Virus record (IMG/VR): IMGVR_UViG_3300021400_004107
Direction: 5' to 3' (one strand)
From: an uncultured virus (IMG/VR IMGVR_UViG_3300021400_004107)
Taxonomy: Duplodnaviria > Heunggongvirae > Uroviricota > Caudoviricetes
DNA length: 64,000 nt
Part shown: piece by piece, positions 1-9,587 of the stretch
Numbering within the stretch: position 1 is the first letter of the stretch
Layout of the letters: every line of letters begins with the position of its first letter
Made by a program: the position numbers and the translations under genes
The notes under the pieces: generated by a model
Seen by the model: the letters and a program-made list of their open reading frames with translations, nothing else
What the model was told of the DNA's origin: nothing
The model's database searches: none

Positions 1-1253
1 CTGCGTTCCTGACCGAGTCTGTATATTCTCTTGACGGTCTGCTTGAACTCGTCATATGACCAGGGCAGGGAGTACCAAACGAGTCTTCTGCAGTGGTTCT
101 GAAGGTTGAGTCCGTACATGTCCGACTTGGGCTGCAAGAGCGCCACTCGGCCGTAAACCGTATCGGACTCCGCCTTGAACTTTTCGATGTTGGCAGCCGA
201 ATCCAGTCTGATCGATTCTAAGCCCATACGCTTCAATAGTTCCTCGATGCGTCTGAGGTCCTCTTGGTAGTTATAAGCGACTACGACATCTTCGCTATTG
301 CCGTCCATTCCGGCTGTTACTTCCAGTATCGACTGAAGGGCATCGAGCTTCTTATCGTGAATGTACTGGATATTACCCTTCGTGTCGTAGATGAAGCCGT
401 TCGTAAGCTGCGAGAGCTTGTTGGTCAAGATACCGGAGTTCTTTGCCTTGATGATCGAGTCGCCGAGCTCCAGACAATACTCACGCTTGAGCTTCTTGTA
501 GAGCTTCATCGTGTCCTCGTCCAGCTGTATGGTCTTTCTTACTGACTGGAATGGCGGCAGCTTGATATGCTCTTCGGAACGCATTGAGATCGTGATATCT
601 TCTATCCTGTCAAAGACCCGGTCTATAGCGTTAGGCTGCGGTCTGTACAGATAACGCTTCGGATCGTAGAGCTGCATATACTTCTCCCTGAAGGCGGTCA
701 CTGTGCGTTCCAGCCTGATTCCGCCGTCAAGGATCTTGTACTGCGCGAACAGGTCTTCTACGTCTCTCGGCATCGGTGTGCCTGTGAGAATGACCTTGCG
801 CGGGTGGGTAAGGCCAAAAAGCGCCTTGGTTCTTGCTGCGCTGTAATTCTTAAAAGACGTAGATTCATCCATGACGATCATGTCGTAAGAGTTGAGATCC
901 ACTATGCCTGACTGCTTTAAGTAGTCGACATGGTCCCTGGATATAATATGAATGTTAGCAGGAGCCTTCATCTTCTGAGGGACGTAGTCCTTTCTGGTCT
1001 GGCTCTTCTTGTCGGGTTCGACTGCAATCGCCGAGATGCTCTTTAAGTGATCCCACTTATTTATTTCCTGGATCCATTCATTAACGACAAGTCTCGGTGC
1101 TATGACCAATACATTCTTAAGACCCATGTCCTTAATCGAAGTGAGAGTGATTGCTGTCTTACCGAGGCCGCAATCTAAAAGCAAAGCCGCATTAGGGTGC
1201 GTCTTAACGAATTCAATAGCAGTCTTCTGGTAAGGAAGGGGGTAAAATATCAT
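1..1253 (-). CDS. SNF2-family (DEAD/H-like) helicase, 3' part runs off the window
   Basis: Manual translation of the minus strand from ATG 1253: MIFYPLPYQKTAIEF...LLLDCGLGKT (motif I), VLVIAP (Ia), IVMDES (II), ILTGTP (III). Absent from the ORF track because it has no stop in the window. Confidence 0.9.
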   Translation of the reverse strand, partial: MIFYPLPYQKTAIEFVKTHPNAALLLDCGLGKTAITLTSIKDMGLKNVLVIAPRLVVNEWIQEINKWDHLKSISAIAVEPDKKSQTRKDYVPQKMKAPANIHIISRDHVDYLKQSGIVDLNSYDMIVMDESTSFKNYSAARTKALFGLTHPRKVILTGTPMPRDVEDLFAQYKILDGGIRLERTVTAFREKYMQLYDPKRYLYRPQPNAIDRVFDRIEDITISMRSEEHIKLPPFQSVRKTIQLDEDTMKLYKKLKREYCLELGDSIIKAKNSGILTNKLSQLTNGFIYDTKGNIQYIHDKKLDALQSILEVTAGMDGNSEDVVVAYNYQEDLRRIEELLKRMGLESIRLDSAANIEKFKAESDTVYGRVALLQPKSDMYGLNLQNHCRRLVWYSLPWSYDEFKQTVKRIYRLGQER

Positions 1254-1306
1254 TAGGTTTTATTCTTCTTTCTGCGGAGGTGTATATACTTTCGATTTCT
1301 ATATTG

Positions 1307-1335
1307 AGTATAGCAACATCTTTCCATAAATGCAA
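1307..1335 (-). promoter_or_regulatory. sigma-A-type promoter for the SNF2 gene
   Basis: Minus strand TTGCAT-17 nt-TATACT with an extended -10 TG. Confidence 0.6.
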
Positions 1336-1343
1336 GTGATAAA

Positions 1344-1401
1344 TGTCACTTAAGTCAACAAGAACCCTTGGAGACAAAGTTTTTACACCGTGCTATAATT
1401 A
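1344..1401 (+). promoter_or_regulatory. Element-specific promoter motif copy 1 (TGTCACTTAAG-N39-TATAATTA)
   Basis: Box 1344-1354, -10 at 1394-1399; same spacing at five other sites. Confidence 0.75.
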
Positions 1402-1468
1402 CACTAACACAATTGGTGCAAGAAACGTATATGGGTTTCTTGCCCTCTTTCATTTTTGGAGGTTATAC

Positions 1469-2020
1469 ATGGCTGTATACGCTATTACATGTGAGTCTAG
1501 TGGCCCGTTTCCCGCTCCGGGGATGAACAATGAGGCTACCATGCTCACTTCTATAAGGATCGTTACCTGTCCTCAAAACAAGCCGATCGCTGCAGGGTTC
1601 TTTACCCGCTCCGATGGACAAACGGTCGTGTCCAGATATAACGCGATCACTGACGAGATGTGCAAGGGCCGTCCTTCTTTTGAGTCGGCGGTACCTAAGC
1701 TTAAGGGCTTTATAGGCAATCCCGATAACATCTTCCTTTGCTTTGGCAACGGGTACTACGAACAGCTCCTGCTCAGATACGGAATCAAGGGCAAGTTCGT
1801 CGATCTGCTTCCTGCCGCGCGTGATCTTATGGCGCGTTCTGCCAACATCAACAACCCGAGTGGATCAGGTGGGGCCAAGATTCCGAAGATAGCAGAGCTT
1901 GCAGAATGGCTCGGGTTTGATAACCCGGTCATGCCGGAAGATAAGGCCAAACTTATCTGTGAGACAGCACTCTGGATAAAGGCTGAGCAGAATAATACTG
2001 CTATGGGGAGGATGTCCTGA
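1469..2020 (+). CDS. DnaQ/DEDDh 3'-5' exonuclease-like protein, catalytic residues degenerate
   Basis: SD GGAGG before ATG 1469. NAITDEMCKGRPSF, FVDLL and PKIAELAEWLG resemble the epsilon fold, but the ExoI DxE reads TCE. Ends GRMS. Confidence 0.6.
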   Translation: MAVYAITCESSGPFPAPGMNNEATMLTSIRIVTCPQNKPIAAGFFTRSDGQTVVSRYNAITDEMCKGRPSFESAVPKLKGFIGNPDNIFLCFGNGYYEQLLLRYGIKGKFVDLLPAARDLMARSANINNPSGSGGAKIPKIAELAEWLGFDNPVMPEDKAKLICETALWIKAEQNNTAMGRMS

Positions 2021-2583
2021 TGAAGGCAACCGATGTTAATGATTGTATGAATATATTAGAGGGTTTTGCCGAAGAGGCAAAGAGCTTCGCTTCCAATATC
2101 TTTGCCAAGGAGCCTGTTACTAAGTCAGGACCCTGGTGTGAAGCACCCTGGTGGAGAGAGACCGCGTCTAAGTATCTCAAGTCCGGCACTCTTGCGTGTG
2201 GCGGCGCTGCACTTGCAGCCTGTGCCGAATTCAAGGCGCGTGACACCGGTATCGACCCTGAGATCTACTTAAGATTGTGGATAGCTCAGACCGACTCACC
2301 CTACAGACCGTCTATCATGGCGTGGCTCGGTGGCATATCGGTTGCTCCATCCACCATACACACTCTCACATTAAGCGTTGACGAGGTGTTCGATGCCATA
2401 GACAGCGAGAAGTTTGGCGTATCCGATTGTCTGTACATGCTAGATCACGGCGTTCAGGGCCAGTTGGCCAATCGCGCCGAGGAGCGTATCGCGGAGATCG
2501 CTCCCGAGATCGTACCTCTGGCCCAATATATGATCAAGGTGGCAGCTATTAAGCAGGGTAAACTTGCAGAAAGGTGGAGATAA
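2020..2583 (+). CDS. hypothetical protein
   Basis: Start overlaps the upstream stop (TGATG); 187 aa. Confidence 0.7.
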   Translation: MKATDVNDCMNILEGFAEEAKSFASNIFAKEPVTKSGPWCEAPWWRETASKYLKSGTLACGGAALAACAEFKARDTGIDPEIYLRLWIAQTDSPYRPSIMAWLGGISVAPSTIHTLTLSVDEVFDAIDSEKFGVSDCLYMLDHGVQGQLANRAEERIAEIAPEIVPLAQYMIKVAAIKQGKLAERWR

Positions 2584-2584
2584 T

Positions 2585-2965
2585 ATGGAATTTCCCGAAC
2601 TTGAATCAATAAACGAAATGCTGGTAGACGGCAGAGACACGGCTGTAAAGATGCTCGAAGGTCGTTTATCCCCCGACGAGTTTTCTTACGCTCTGTCCGA
2701 ACTTCTGCTGGCTAAGCTGTATGAGATGGACGCTTCTCCGTCTCACGACTGGGCTAATGCACAAGCTCCCGGACTGGCAGCGGCTACCGAGGCTAAGAGA
2801 ACTTCCGACCTGATCCTCAAGCTTGCGGCAGGCGGCGTGCTTGCGGTGTCCAGAGAATCGGCAACTCCGCCGTCTACAGTCATCTATGAACTGTGCTGGC
2901 AGGCTATGTCCAAAGCAACAGAAGGGAAGCTCCCTGACGAAGAAAGTGTATCCAGAGGTGCATAA
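2585..2965 (+). CDS. hypothetical protein
   Basis: SD GGAG; ATG 2585; operon-packed. Confidence 0.7.
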   Translation: MEFPELESINEMLVDGRDTAVKMLEGRLSPDEFSYALSELLLAKLYEMDASPSHDWANAQAPGLAAATEAKRTSDLILKLAAGGVLAVSRESATPPSTVIYELCWQAMSKATEGKLPDEESVSRGA

Positions 2966-2967
2966 TA

Positions 2968-3780
2968 ATGAACTCGTTCTATTACCGTTATTTCTTAGCA
3001 CGCAAAGGCTTTGTCTTTGAAGTGCCTGACGAGGAATGGGACGACTCTACTCTTGACTTCCTGGCCAAGGATTCCGATAAAGTTAAAGAGATCGCGGACA
3101 AACTCGGTATCTCGTCCTTGTGGCTTACCGACATGCCTGTAATCTTCTCGAAACGCACCTTTAACTACTATATAGGAAGTAAGACAATATCTGACATGGT
3201 CGTACCCGAAGAAGAGGGCCTTGTCCTTGTCAATCCGTCTCAGAAACTAAAGGACGGTCTTCGTGCCATCGAACTGTCTGCTATCGGTTTCGAACCCATG
3301 CCGACATCACTTAAGCCGAGACCGTACTCTATGGTCTTCCTTGCAGCGGAGAAGAACGAATTAACTCTCGACGGGTACCTGAGATCGAAGTTGAACCTCA
3401 CCGGTGATGCTTTCTCAGATCTGTACAAGGAACTCCTTATGTGCGATGCCTTTCCGCCTGTAGGCTCTCCTCTTATCTGCCAAAGAGATATTATCGAAAA
3501 ATTGTCTGCAGCAGAGAATCTGACCTACGACGAATGCGCTTCGGCATTCTATGTCGCAGATGCTGCTTGTCTGTTTAATTTATTCCTGGCATTTAGGCTC
3601 TTTGTCGAGCCTTGGCACATTACACCGAGACGTGATGGCAAATACCTTATTACATATAAGAATTATGACTACGCGGATTTCCTGCCTGTCGGTGTCAAAG
3701 CGGCTCAGAACAAGCCTGATATATCCAGCAAGAAACCTGTTGCCAGAAGACGCGCAGGCGGTGGTGACGCAGGCAGGTAA
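2968..3780 (+). CDS. hypothetical protein with HTH-like N-terminus, paralog of 22191..23033
   Basis: KVKEIADKLGISSLWL is HTH-like; shares blocks with the 22191 ORF; ends GR. Confidence 0.7.
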   Translation: MNSFYYRYFLARKGFVFEVPDEEWDDSTLDFLAKDSDKVKEIADKLGISSLWLTDMPVIFSKRTFNYYIGSKTISDMVVPEEEGLVLVNPSQKLKDGLRAIELSAIGFEPMPTSLKPRPYSMVFLAAEKNELTLDGYLRSKLNLTGDAFSDLYKELLMCDAFPPVGSPLICQRDIIEKLSAAENLTYDECASAFYVADAACLFNLFLAFRLFVEPWHITPRRDGKYLITYKNYDYADFLPVGVKAAQNKPDISSKKPVARRRAGGGDAGR

Positions 3781-3804
3781 GAGAAAGCAAATATAGAGCA
3801 GGAT

Positions 3805-3833
3805 CGCAGCTGTTACAGGCTGCGTTTTATTTT
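3805..3833 (+). terminator. intrinsic terminator
   Basis: CGCAGC/GCTGCG stem plus T-tract. Confidence 0.65.
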
Positions 3834-3857
3834 GCCCGGATTACAGGAGGTAGGCAT

Positions 3858-4295
3858 ATGAATGTATTAGAGTTTCTTGACTTCGAAGGTAAAGACTTCG
3901 ACATCGGGGATAAGACCTACGATATCACAGTCACTTGTTGTCAGAGTAGTGATTTTGCTCAGGCCTTGAAAGACTACGAAGCAGGTCACAAGGTCGAATA
4001 TTACAGCCTGTTTAATGCACAGCTGTTCAGCAAGGTACAGATGGTCTCCGGCGGTGATCATCCGGTTGCTGACTGGGCCAAGCTCATAGAGGACAACACC
4101 GAGGTCTTCAAGGAGTTCGCTCGGAAGCATTGGATCGCTGACTATGCAGACAAAGACGAGTTTATTTATGAGTGGATCAAGGAGCTCGACTCTTATATCG
4201 CAGGATATGTGTCCGAGTCCTTTTACAAAGTGATCTGCGAAGAACTTACTCCCAATTTGAAATCCGCTCCGGAACTACTGGAGCCTCAGAGATAA
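3858..4295 (+). CDS. hypothetical protein
   Basis: SD AGGAGG; 145 aa; ends PQR. Confidence 0.75.
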   Translation: MNVLEFLDFEGKDFDIGDKTYDITVTCCQSSDFAQALKDYEAGHKVEYYSLFNAQLFSKVQMVSGGDHPVADWAKLIEDNTEVFKEFARKHWIADYADKDEFIYEWIKELDSYIAGYVSESFYKVICEELTPNLKSAPELLEPQR

Positions 4296-4306
4296 GGAGA
4301 AACGCC

Positions 4307-4663
4307 ATGATGGACACAGAACAATTACGCGAAAATATCTATTCACTGTATCAGCTTGACTGGATGCAGAGACACGGACACTCAATTCAGGAATTGATCG
4401 CCAAGATGGATTACATATTGGGCGAAAAATCGCCTGACGCAGGTAAAGAATTGAGCCCTTCTGAAATTTATTCAGAGTTTCTGTCTGACTTTGGCTTTGG
4501 CGGTGAGTGTTTCGTTTGTTTCGACGAGTTTATGCAGTGCGAGTATCTCGACAGCGAATATATCAAAGAGTTATGTGATGTCACGCCTTCCGGAAAGGCT
4601 TTGTACAGGCAATACGAAGAGGACAGTAAGCAGATCATCGAAGAAATGTGGAGGAAACAGTAG
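4307..4663 (+). CDS. hypothetical protein
   Basis: SD AAGGAG before ATG 4307. Confidence 0.75.
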   Translation: MMDTEQLRENIYSLYQLDWMQRHGHSIQELIAKMDYILGEKSPDAGKELSPSEIYSEFLSDFGFGGECFVCFDEFMQCEYLDSEYIKELCDVTPSGKALYRQYEEDSKQIIEEMWRKQ

Positions 4664-4665
4664 TT

Positions 4666-4719
4666 ATGAGAGTGATAAAGGGCGGTCTGGTCAGATTAGA
4701 AGAAATGACGGGGAGATAA
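4666..4719 (+). CDS. 17-aa mini-ORF MRVIKGGLVRLEEMTGR
   Basis: Fills the gap between neighbours; upstream GGAGG; ends GR. Confidence 0.4.
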   Translation: MRVIKGGLVRLEEMTGR

Positions 4720-4723
4720 GGCT

Positions 4724-5023
4724 ATGAAGGGTTTAACTAAGGAACGTTTGATGAAGCTCGTCGGTATGGAAGTCGGCGTGCGGCTGTTCGACGACAAAGA
4801 ATACGAAGGTGTGCTCGGTTTTGCTGATGACTTCTCTGCAAGACACGGCTGGAGAAAGCCCGGGTACTTCTACATAGATGACATGGGCTTTAAGGTCAGT
4901 CACGTCAAGAAGATATGGCTTCCGTTAGCCAAGTCCCGGGATCAGGGTCCGTTAATGACTCCCGAAGAATGGCAGAAAGAACAGGAAAAGACTGACTGCA
5001 TCGGCAGAGAATTTATGAGGTGA
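4724..5023 (+). CDS. hypothetical protein
   Basis: 99 aa; ends GREFMR. Confidence 0.7.
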   Translation: MKGLTKERLMKLVGMEVGVRLFDDKEYEGVLGFADDFSARHGWRKPGYFYIDDMGFKVSHVKKIWLPLAKSRDQGPLMTPEEWQKEQEKTDCIGREFMR

Positions 5024-5029
5024 CAGATT

Positions 5030-6703
5030 ATGGCTAACTTAACTATAGATAAGACTTTTAAGGACCTGCTTGAAAATGAAGGTGTTGGCAGTATCGAGGC
5101 GGTAAGTTTTGAGGTAAAAGACGGTATTCTCACAATGACAACACTACGCAGAGATACCGACTACTTGTATCTTATCGACCAGGATCGTGCTAATCAGACA
5201 GGAAAAGACGGCTTGCCTGTTTATGGCAGCCTTATCGTGAACGGTCAGACGATCTATGAAGAGTACGAAGACGCTGCTTCTGAAGCTGAAGAATACGGTG
5301 AGACCGTCGACGAGGATATCTTTGGCGAGGCGTTTACTGAAATAGATGAACATGTAGCGTATTCGGTTACAAGTCGTACCGTTCTCGTTGAGGCGATCGC
5401 CGAGGAGATGTTCAAGGAGCTGACAAGGTATCCGCTTTCTCACTCCCGTACAAATCAGGGCTATCTGTTAAAGAAGATCCTTGAAAGAAACCCTGATCAC
5501 TTCGACCAGCTCCTTATTTCCGGTTGCGGCGGTATCGCTTTTGACAGAGAAGACACTGATGCGATCCTTGCCGATGGTAAAGAGATCTATGATGACAATA
5601 CTCTTACACGTCTGAAAGATGAGCTTATAGACTGCGTATGCAGGATTGGAACAATAGAGTGTATAGTGAACGACATTCCTTCGGAGGCATTCTCATTTGC
5701 AGTCATCAGAGACATTATTGCTCAGGATCTTAAGACCGGGGAGAAATCCGACGGTACCCAGAGCTCGCGTGACAGTCTTCTGTACAAGGCTTTTGACAGG
5801 CTGCTTCAGACACCTGAGATGGCACCTGTCAGAGACTCGATAAAATGGGCAAAAGAATGGGGCATTGCTTATCAGCCGTCTAAGAACCTGCTCGTTACTA
5901 CTCTCGGCGGCAAGGAGTTTCCTGAAGGCCCTACCGAGGAAATAACACCCGAAGAGCTGGTGCTCATTCTTTCGGGACGTATTCCTAATCACCATTCGCA
6001 GATATTCCAGTTCATGTTTGACTTTAGTGATACCACGGGTGGTGACAAAGACCGTGAGAGGATCCTGAACGGGCTTCTCAAGATGAGACCTGACCTCGCC
6101 GATTATGACAAGGTCTTTGACGACCTGGCTCAGGCTGAGTTTGAGAAGTTTCTTAACGATCCGGATTTAGAGTTTGTTTGCTCAGGTGACAGACCCTGCG
6201 GTCTTTATATGGATTCGGGCAAGCGTTTTGTTCCCCTCGAAGAACTCGAGTGTAACCAGAGCGTACTTCATGTTTGTGAGGCACGTGGTTACACTTCCTA
6301 TTCTGCTCGAGGAGACAACGATACTAAGACTTACACATGTTGGACTGAGTTCGTCAAAGACTCCGATGGTCAGTTTAGAAAAACTCACGGTCGGGAGGCT
6401 TGGGAAGATGTTCAGGAAGACTGCATTAAGCGAGCTCCTGAGATCTCAACCAGTGTCAAGATTAAGAACAACAAGATCTGTGAAGTCTTGCGCTACGAAG
6501 GCAAGCGCGCAGACGGCAGTAAGAGCGGCCCTTACAGTTCGGTTAATCACGGTTTTGATGGTAGGGACGTTCCCAATGCCGAGTTCGATAACACCGACGC
6601 GCGTGCGGGTTATAAGACTAATCCTGTCAGAGTCGCTGCGACAGCAGCAGGGTTCTTTAAGTACCGCGATTATTTGATGGAACAGTTAGGCAGAGGCGCA
6701 TAA
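5030..6703 (+). CDS. acidic hypothetical protein, 557 aa
   Basis: SD GAGGTGA; long ORF; ends GRGA. Confidence 0.8.
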   Translation: MANLTIDKTFKDLLENEGVGSIEAVSFEVKDGILTMTTLRRDTDYLYLIDQDRANQTGKDGLPVYGSLIVNGQTIYEEYEDAASEAEEYGETVDEDIFGEAFTEIDEHVAYSVTSRTVLVEAIAEEMFKELTRYPLSHSRTNQGYLLKKILERNPDHFDQLLISGCGGIAFDREDTDAILADGKEIYDDNTLTRLKDELIDCVCRIGTIECIVNDIPSEAFSFAVIRDIIAQDLKTGEKSDGTQSSRDSLLYKAFDRLLQTPEMAPVRDSIKWAKEWGIAYQPSKNLLVTTLGGKEFPEGPTEEITPEELVLILSGRIPNHHSQIFQFMFDFSDTTGGDKDRERILNGLLKMRPDLADYDKVFDDLAQAEFEKFLNDPDLEFVCSGDRPCGLYMDSGKRFVPLEELECNQSVLHVCEARGYTSYSARGDNDTKTYTCWTEFVKDSDGQFRKTHGREAWEDVQEDCIKRAPEISTSVKIKNNKICEVLRYEGKRADGSKSGPYSSVNHGFDGRDVPNAEFDNTDARAGYKTNPVRVAATAAGFFKYRDYLMEQLGRGA

Positions 6704-6715
6704 AAGGAGGAGCTT

Positions 6716-7129
6716 ATGGAACTTAAGAATGTAACAATGACTTTCGGTTGCAAGACCGTGGAAGAGCTTTGCAAGAACAGAGAGAAATACTTCAGTGAAG
6801 AACTCGAGAAGCAGACTGATCCGTGGTGGATCGGGAACTGTTCCGGCAGCAGAGAAACTTGGCGCTTTATAGGTGCCACGCTTGAAGCCAAAGGCGAAGA
6901 CATTTTTCCTATATTCCTTGCTGAAGGCTATATGACAGCACTAAACGATGAAGCTTTTGCCGATCTGGCTTCGAAGGGCTTTTCTGACAAGATGTGCGGC
7001 TTTATCGCCGGTCAGAAGTCAGTGTACAAAAGAGTATTGCTCGATATACACAGAGAAGATCTCGTAAACCTTGTAGACGAGGGCAAGTTTGACCCTGAGC
7101 AGTACATGGCAAGCACGATGGGAAGATAA
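6716..7129 (+). CDS. hypothetical protein
   Basis: SD AGGAGG; ends MGR. Confidence 0.75.
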   Translation: MELKNVTMTFGCKTVEELCKNREKYFSEELEKQTDPWWIGNCSGSRETWRFIGATLEAKGEDIFPIFLAEGYMTALNDEAFADLASKGFSDKMCGFIAGQKSVYKRVLLDIHREDLVNLVDEGKFDPEQYMASTMGR

Positions 7130-7142
7130 AGGAGACACTACG

Positions 7143-7418
7143 ATGGCTAATGATTTGCAAAAGATGTATACATTTCAGTTCAGCTTTGTTAATCCTAACA
7201 CAGGCCGCGACGATTCCGTTCAATTTTGCGCCGTGGATTTTGTAGAAGCGCGCGCATTGTTTGGTGATTGGATCGACGAAGAGAGGCTTGAGCCGGCGAT
7301 CATAAACGAGGCTAAGTGCGAGGCTGTAAGAAACGAGGAAGACGCAAAAGAGTACGGAGACCGTTACGGCGATCCTTCGGATCTCTTGATAACCGGTATA
7401 TCAATGAAATTCAGTTGA
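7143..7418 (+). CDS. hypothetical protein
   Basis: SD AAGGAG before ATG 7143. Confidence 0.7.
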   Translation: MANDLQKMYTFQFSFVNPNTGRDDSVQFCAVDFVEARALFGDWIDEERLEPAIINEAKCEAVRNEEDAKEYGDRYGDPSDLLITGISMKFS

Positions 7419-7432
7419 GGAGAGTTATCGCT

Positions 7433-8137
7433 ATGGCTAATATATCCAGTGCATCAGGCACAGTCACTTTTTCCGAGGATTTTGCTATCAGGCACGAAGC
7501 CGAGATCCGTGAGTTCATCGAGAGTTACAAATGCGCTTATTACGGAGTCCAAGAGATCCACGATTATGACCCCGAAACGCACACCGCTGAGTTCTGGGCT
7601 AACGGTAGATGGAGCTTCGAGTGTTCTCTCGAGGACTTCGGCGGTATTCCTTTTCACGAAAGCGAGTACAAATCCAACAGAGAGTTCATTGAACTACTTG
7701 CCAGAGAGGGTGGGGCTCTTACTTATGCATTTACTGACTATGAGTGCGGAAACGAGGTCTTCTATGAAGCAACTTGCGGAGTGTCTTATTCCTTATCTCC
7801 TGCGGGTATATTGGTACCCGGTTATCAGGAGATCGAATCTTCAAGCATTCCGTTCACGGATAAAAACCGTGTCGATATGGGCATGGAAGATGGAAGCTCC
7901 GTAGAACACTTTATGTCAGATGACTCGTTCAAGGAATTCAGAGCGCAACTTATGAAAGAGACTAACCTTGACGAGAACGCCTTGTTCCATGCGATCAGGT
8001 GCAGTGATGTCCTTGACGGGTATATCTGTGCTTGGCGCTACGAGGAAGAGGAGCCTGACGAGTGTCTCATAGACTACGTCACCGAAGGTTACAAGCTGTA
8101 TCTGACACAGAATCCCGATGCAGCGCCTGAGAGATAA
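7433..8137 (+). CDS. hypothetical protein
   Basis: SD GAGGAG before ATG 7433; ends PER. Confidence 0.75.
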   Translation: MANISSASGTVTFSEDFAIRHEAEIREFIESYKCAYYGVQEIHDYDPETHTAEFWANGRWSFECSLEDFGGIPFHESEYKSNREFIELLAREGGALTYAFTDYECGNEVFYEATCGVSYSLSPAGILVPGYQEIESSSIPFTDKNRVDMGMEDGSSVEHFMSDDSFKEFRAQLMKETNLDENALFHAIRCSDVLDGYICAWRYEEEEPDECLIDYVTEGYKLYLTQNPDAAPER

Positions 8138-8151
8138 GGAGGATCAACAGT

Positions 8152-8559
8152 ATGGATAAGTTCTTAACTAAGTGGCATGGCCGCGAAATAGAGGATTGGG
8201 GCTCTGTCGTAAGTGACGATTTTCGTGAATTTGCCCGAGACTTTAAGTCTTATGTTAAGCGTTGTTTCGACGGTACCGGGTACAAAGTTGAAGGCTATCA
8301 CGCCGGGCATTATGACATGTCGGGCTTTTTGGTCAAGGAAGGCGACCCTACGGACTGTGTGTACTTCAGCTACAACGTGCCCAGATACGAGAAGATCGAT
8401 GTTACCGCTCCCGGTGCGCATTACGGTGTGCTCTACAGAACAGCAGAAAACACTAAGGATTTTCGCGGCGGCATGAATCATTTCAGCAGCCTCGCGGAAT
8501 TCAACAGTGAAAGGCTGCTCGAAGTTGGCAAAGGCGACTTCACTTTCTATGGGAGGTAA
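8152..8559 (+). CDS. hypothetical protein
   Basis: SD AAGGAGG; ends YGR. Confidence 0.75.
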   Translation: MDKFLTKWHGREIEDWGSVVSDDFREFARDFKSYVKRCFDGTGYKVEGYHAGHYDMSGFLVKEGDPTDCVYFSYNVPRYEKIDVTAPGAHYGVLYRTAENTKDFRGGMNHFSSLAEFNSERLLEVGKGDFTFYGR

Positions 8560-8565
8560 CGGCCG

Positions 8566-8904
8566 ATGAATAAGGAAATGATCTCTGAGGGTGATATCTG
8601 TTTGCTGGATGAAAAGGTCGAATACCCAACGACCGGCAAGGATCCTTATCCCGTCCTCGTGTTGTGGCACGGTGTTAACGGTCAGCCGCTGGTAACAAGA
8701 CCGGATAACTACTCTCCTGTCTGGACTACATACAGTCAGTTGGTCGAGAGGGTAGAGCATCTTGATCTGTCTGCTGCAGTTGCCGATCTTTGGAAGGCCT
8801 CTGAAAGTGCCGTCCAGTCTGCGATGATTGACCGAACCTATCGTAGTGACCCATATGAATATATGAGCCAAGAGCCTTGTGATTATTGTTCTTATCAGAG
8901 ATGA
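8566..8904 (+). CDS. hypothetical protein
   Basis: SD GGAGGT overlaps the upstream stop. Confidence 0.7.
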   Translation: MNKEMISEGDICLLDEKVEYPTTGKDPYPVLVLWHGVNGQPLVTRPDNYSPVWTTYSQLVERVEHLDLSAAVADLWKASESAVQSAMIDRTYRSDPYEYMSQEPCDYCSYQR

Positions 8905-8926
8905 GGAATAAAGGAGAAAAGATACT

Positions 8927-9286
8927 ATGAATACTGACAAAGACCCTAAGATGCAGGAGCTTATTCAAAGCATTGAGCGAAGCGGCTTTTCTGTTCACGA
9001 CATATTGAATGCGATGGGATACTACGGATTCAAACTTTGGACTCAGGAAGACATGGAAGCGCAATTCGCGGCAGTCATGAACGAAGTAAAAGAAGACGAC
9101 AGTGTTTCCGGCGAGTTGAGACAGTTGTGGAAAGACAAGACGGCAGCTGAACTCGGTATTAACATTCAGGATTGTGATTCCGGACTCAGTACCTGCACTG
9201 ATGACGATTGGGACACCATCTCGAGTTGCATTTTCTCGAAAATTCATGAGGTAGAAGCTTCTATAAGAAATGTGCAGGGGAGATAA
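8927..9286 (+). CDS. hypothetical protein
   Basis: SD AAGGAG; ends QGR. Confidence 0.75.
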   Translation: MNTDKDPKMQELIQSIERSGFSVHDILNAMGYYGFKLWTQEDMEAQFAAVMNEVKEDDSVSGELRQLWKDKTAAELGINIQDCDSGLSTCTDDDWDTISSCIFSKIHEVEASIRNVQGR

Positions 9287-9291
9287 CGATC

Positions 9292-9582
9292 ATGAGTGAT
9301 AAACAGATTGAATTGTGCTTTGTGACATCGCTGTACTCCAACAATGCCGAAGAGTCTTTGGAAATTACTTTCCAAGTCCCCGAAAATTGGCTCAGATCGT
9401 TCTATTCCGGACACAGAGAGGTCGGACAGTATAAAGAGTTTTCAAGCTTCGATGACTTCGTAGAACGGTTCAGCGATGCTGATGACGAACTGTGCATAGG
9501 TTGCTTTGAAGCGGCTGTGTATGACGATGTATGTAAGACAGAGGTTGAACTTAATAGCCTCGGTCTCTTTGGAACGAGGTAA
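9292..9582 (+). CDS. hypothetical protein
   Basis: Operon-packed; ends GTR. Confidence 0.7.
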   Translation: MSDKQIELCFVTSLYSNNAEESLEITFQVPENWLRSFYSGHREVGQYKEFSSFDDFVERFSDADDELCIGCFEAAVYDDVCKTEVELNSLGLFGTR

Positions 9583-9587
9583 TTATC

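Noticed and set aside
264..545. 93-aa plus-strand ORF
   Set aside because: Antisense to the SNF2 helicase.
3307..3320. TCACTTAAG inside a CDS as another promoter box
   Set aside because: Lacks the 5' TG and has no -10 element 39 nt downstream.
3772..3783. CAGGTAAG as a spliceosomal donor site
   Set aside because: Gene organisation is prokaryotic (SD sequences, operons), so the match is coincidental.
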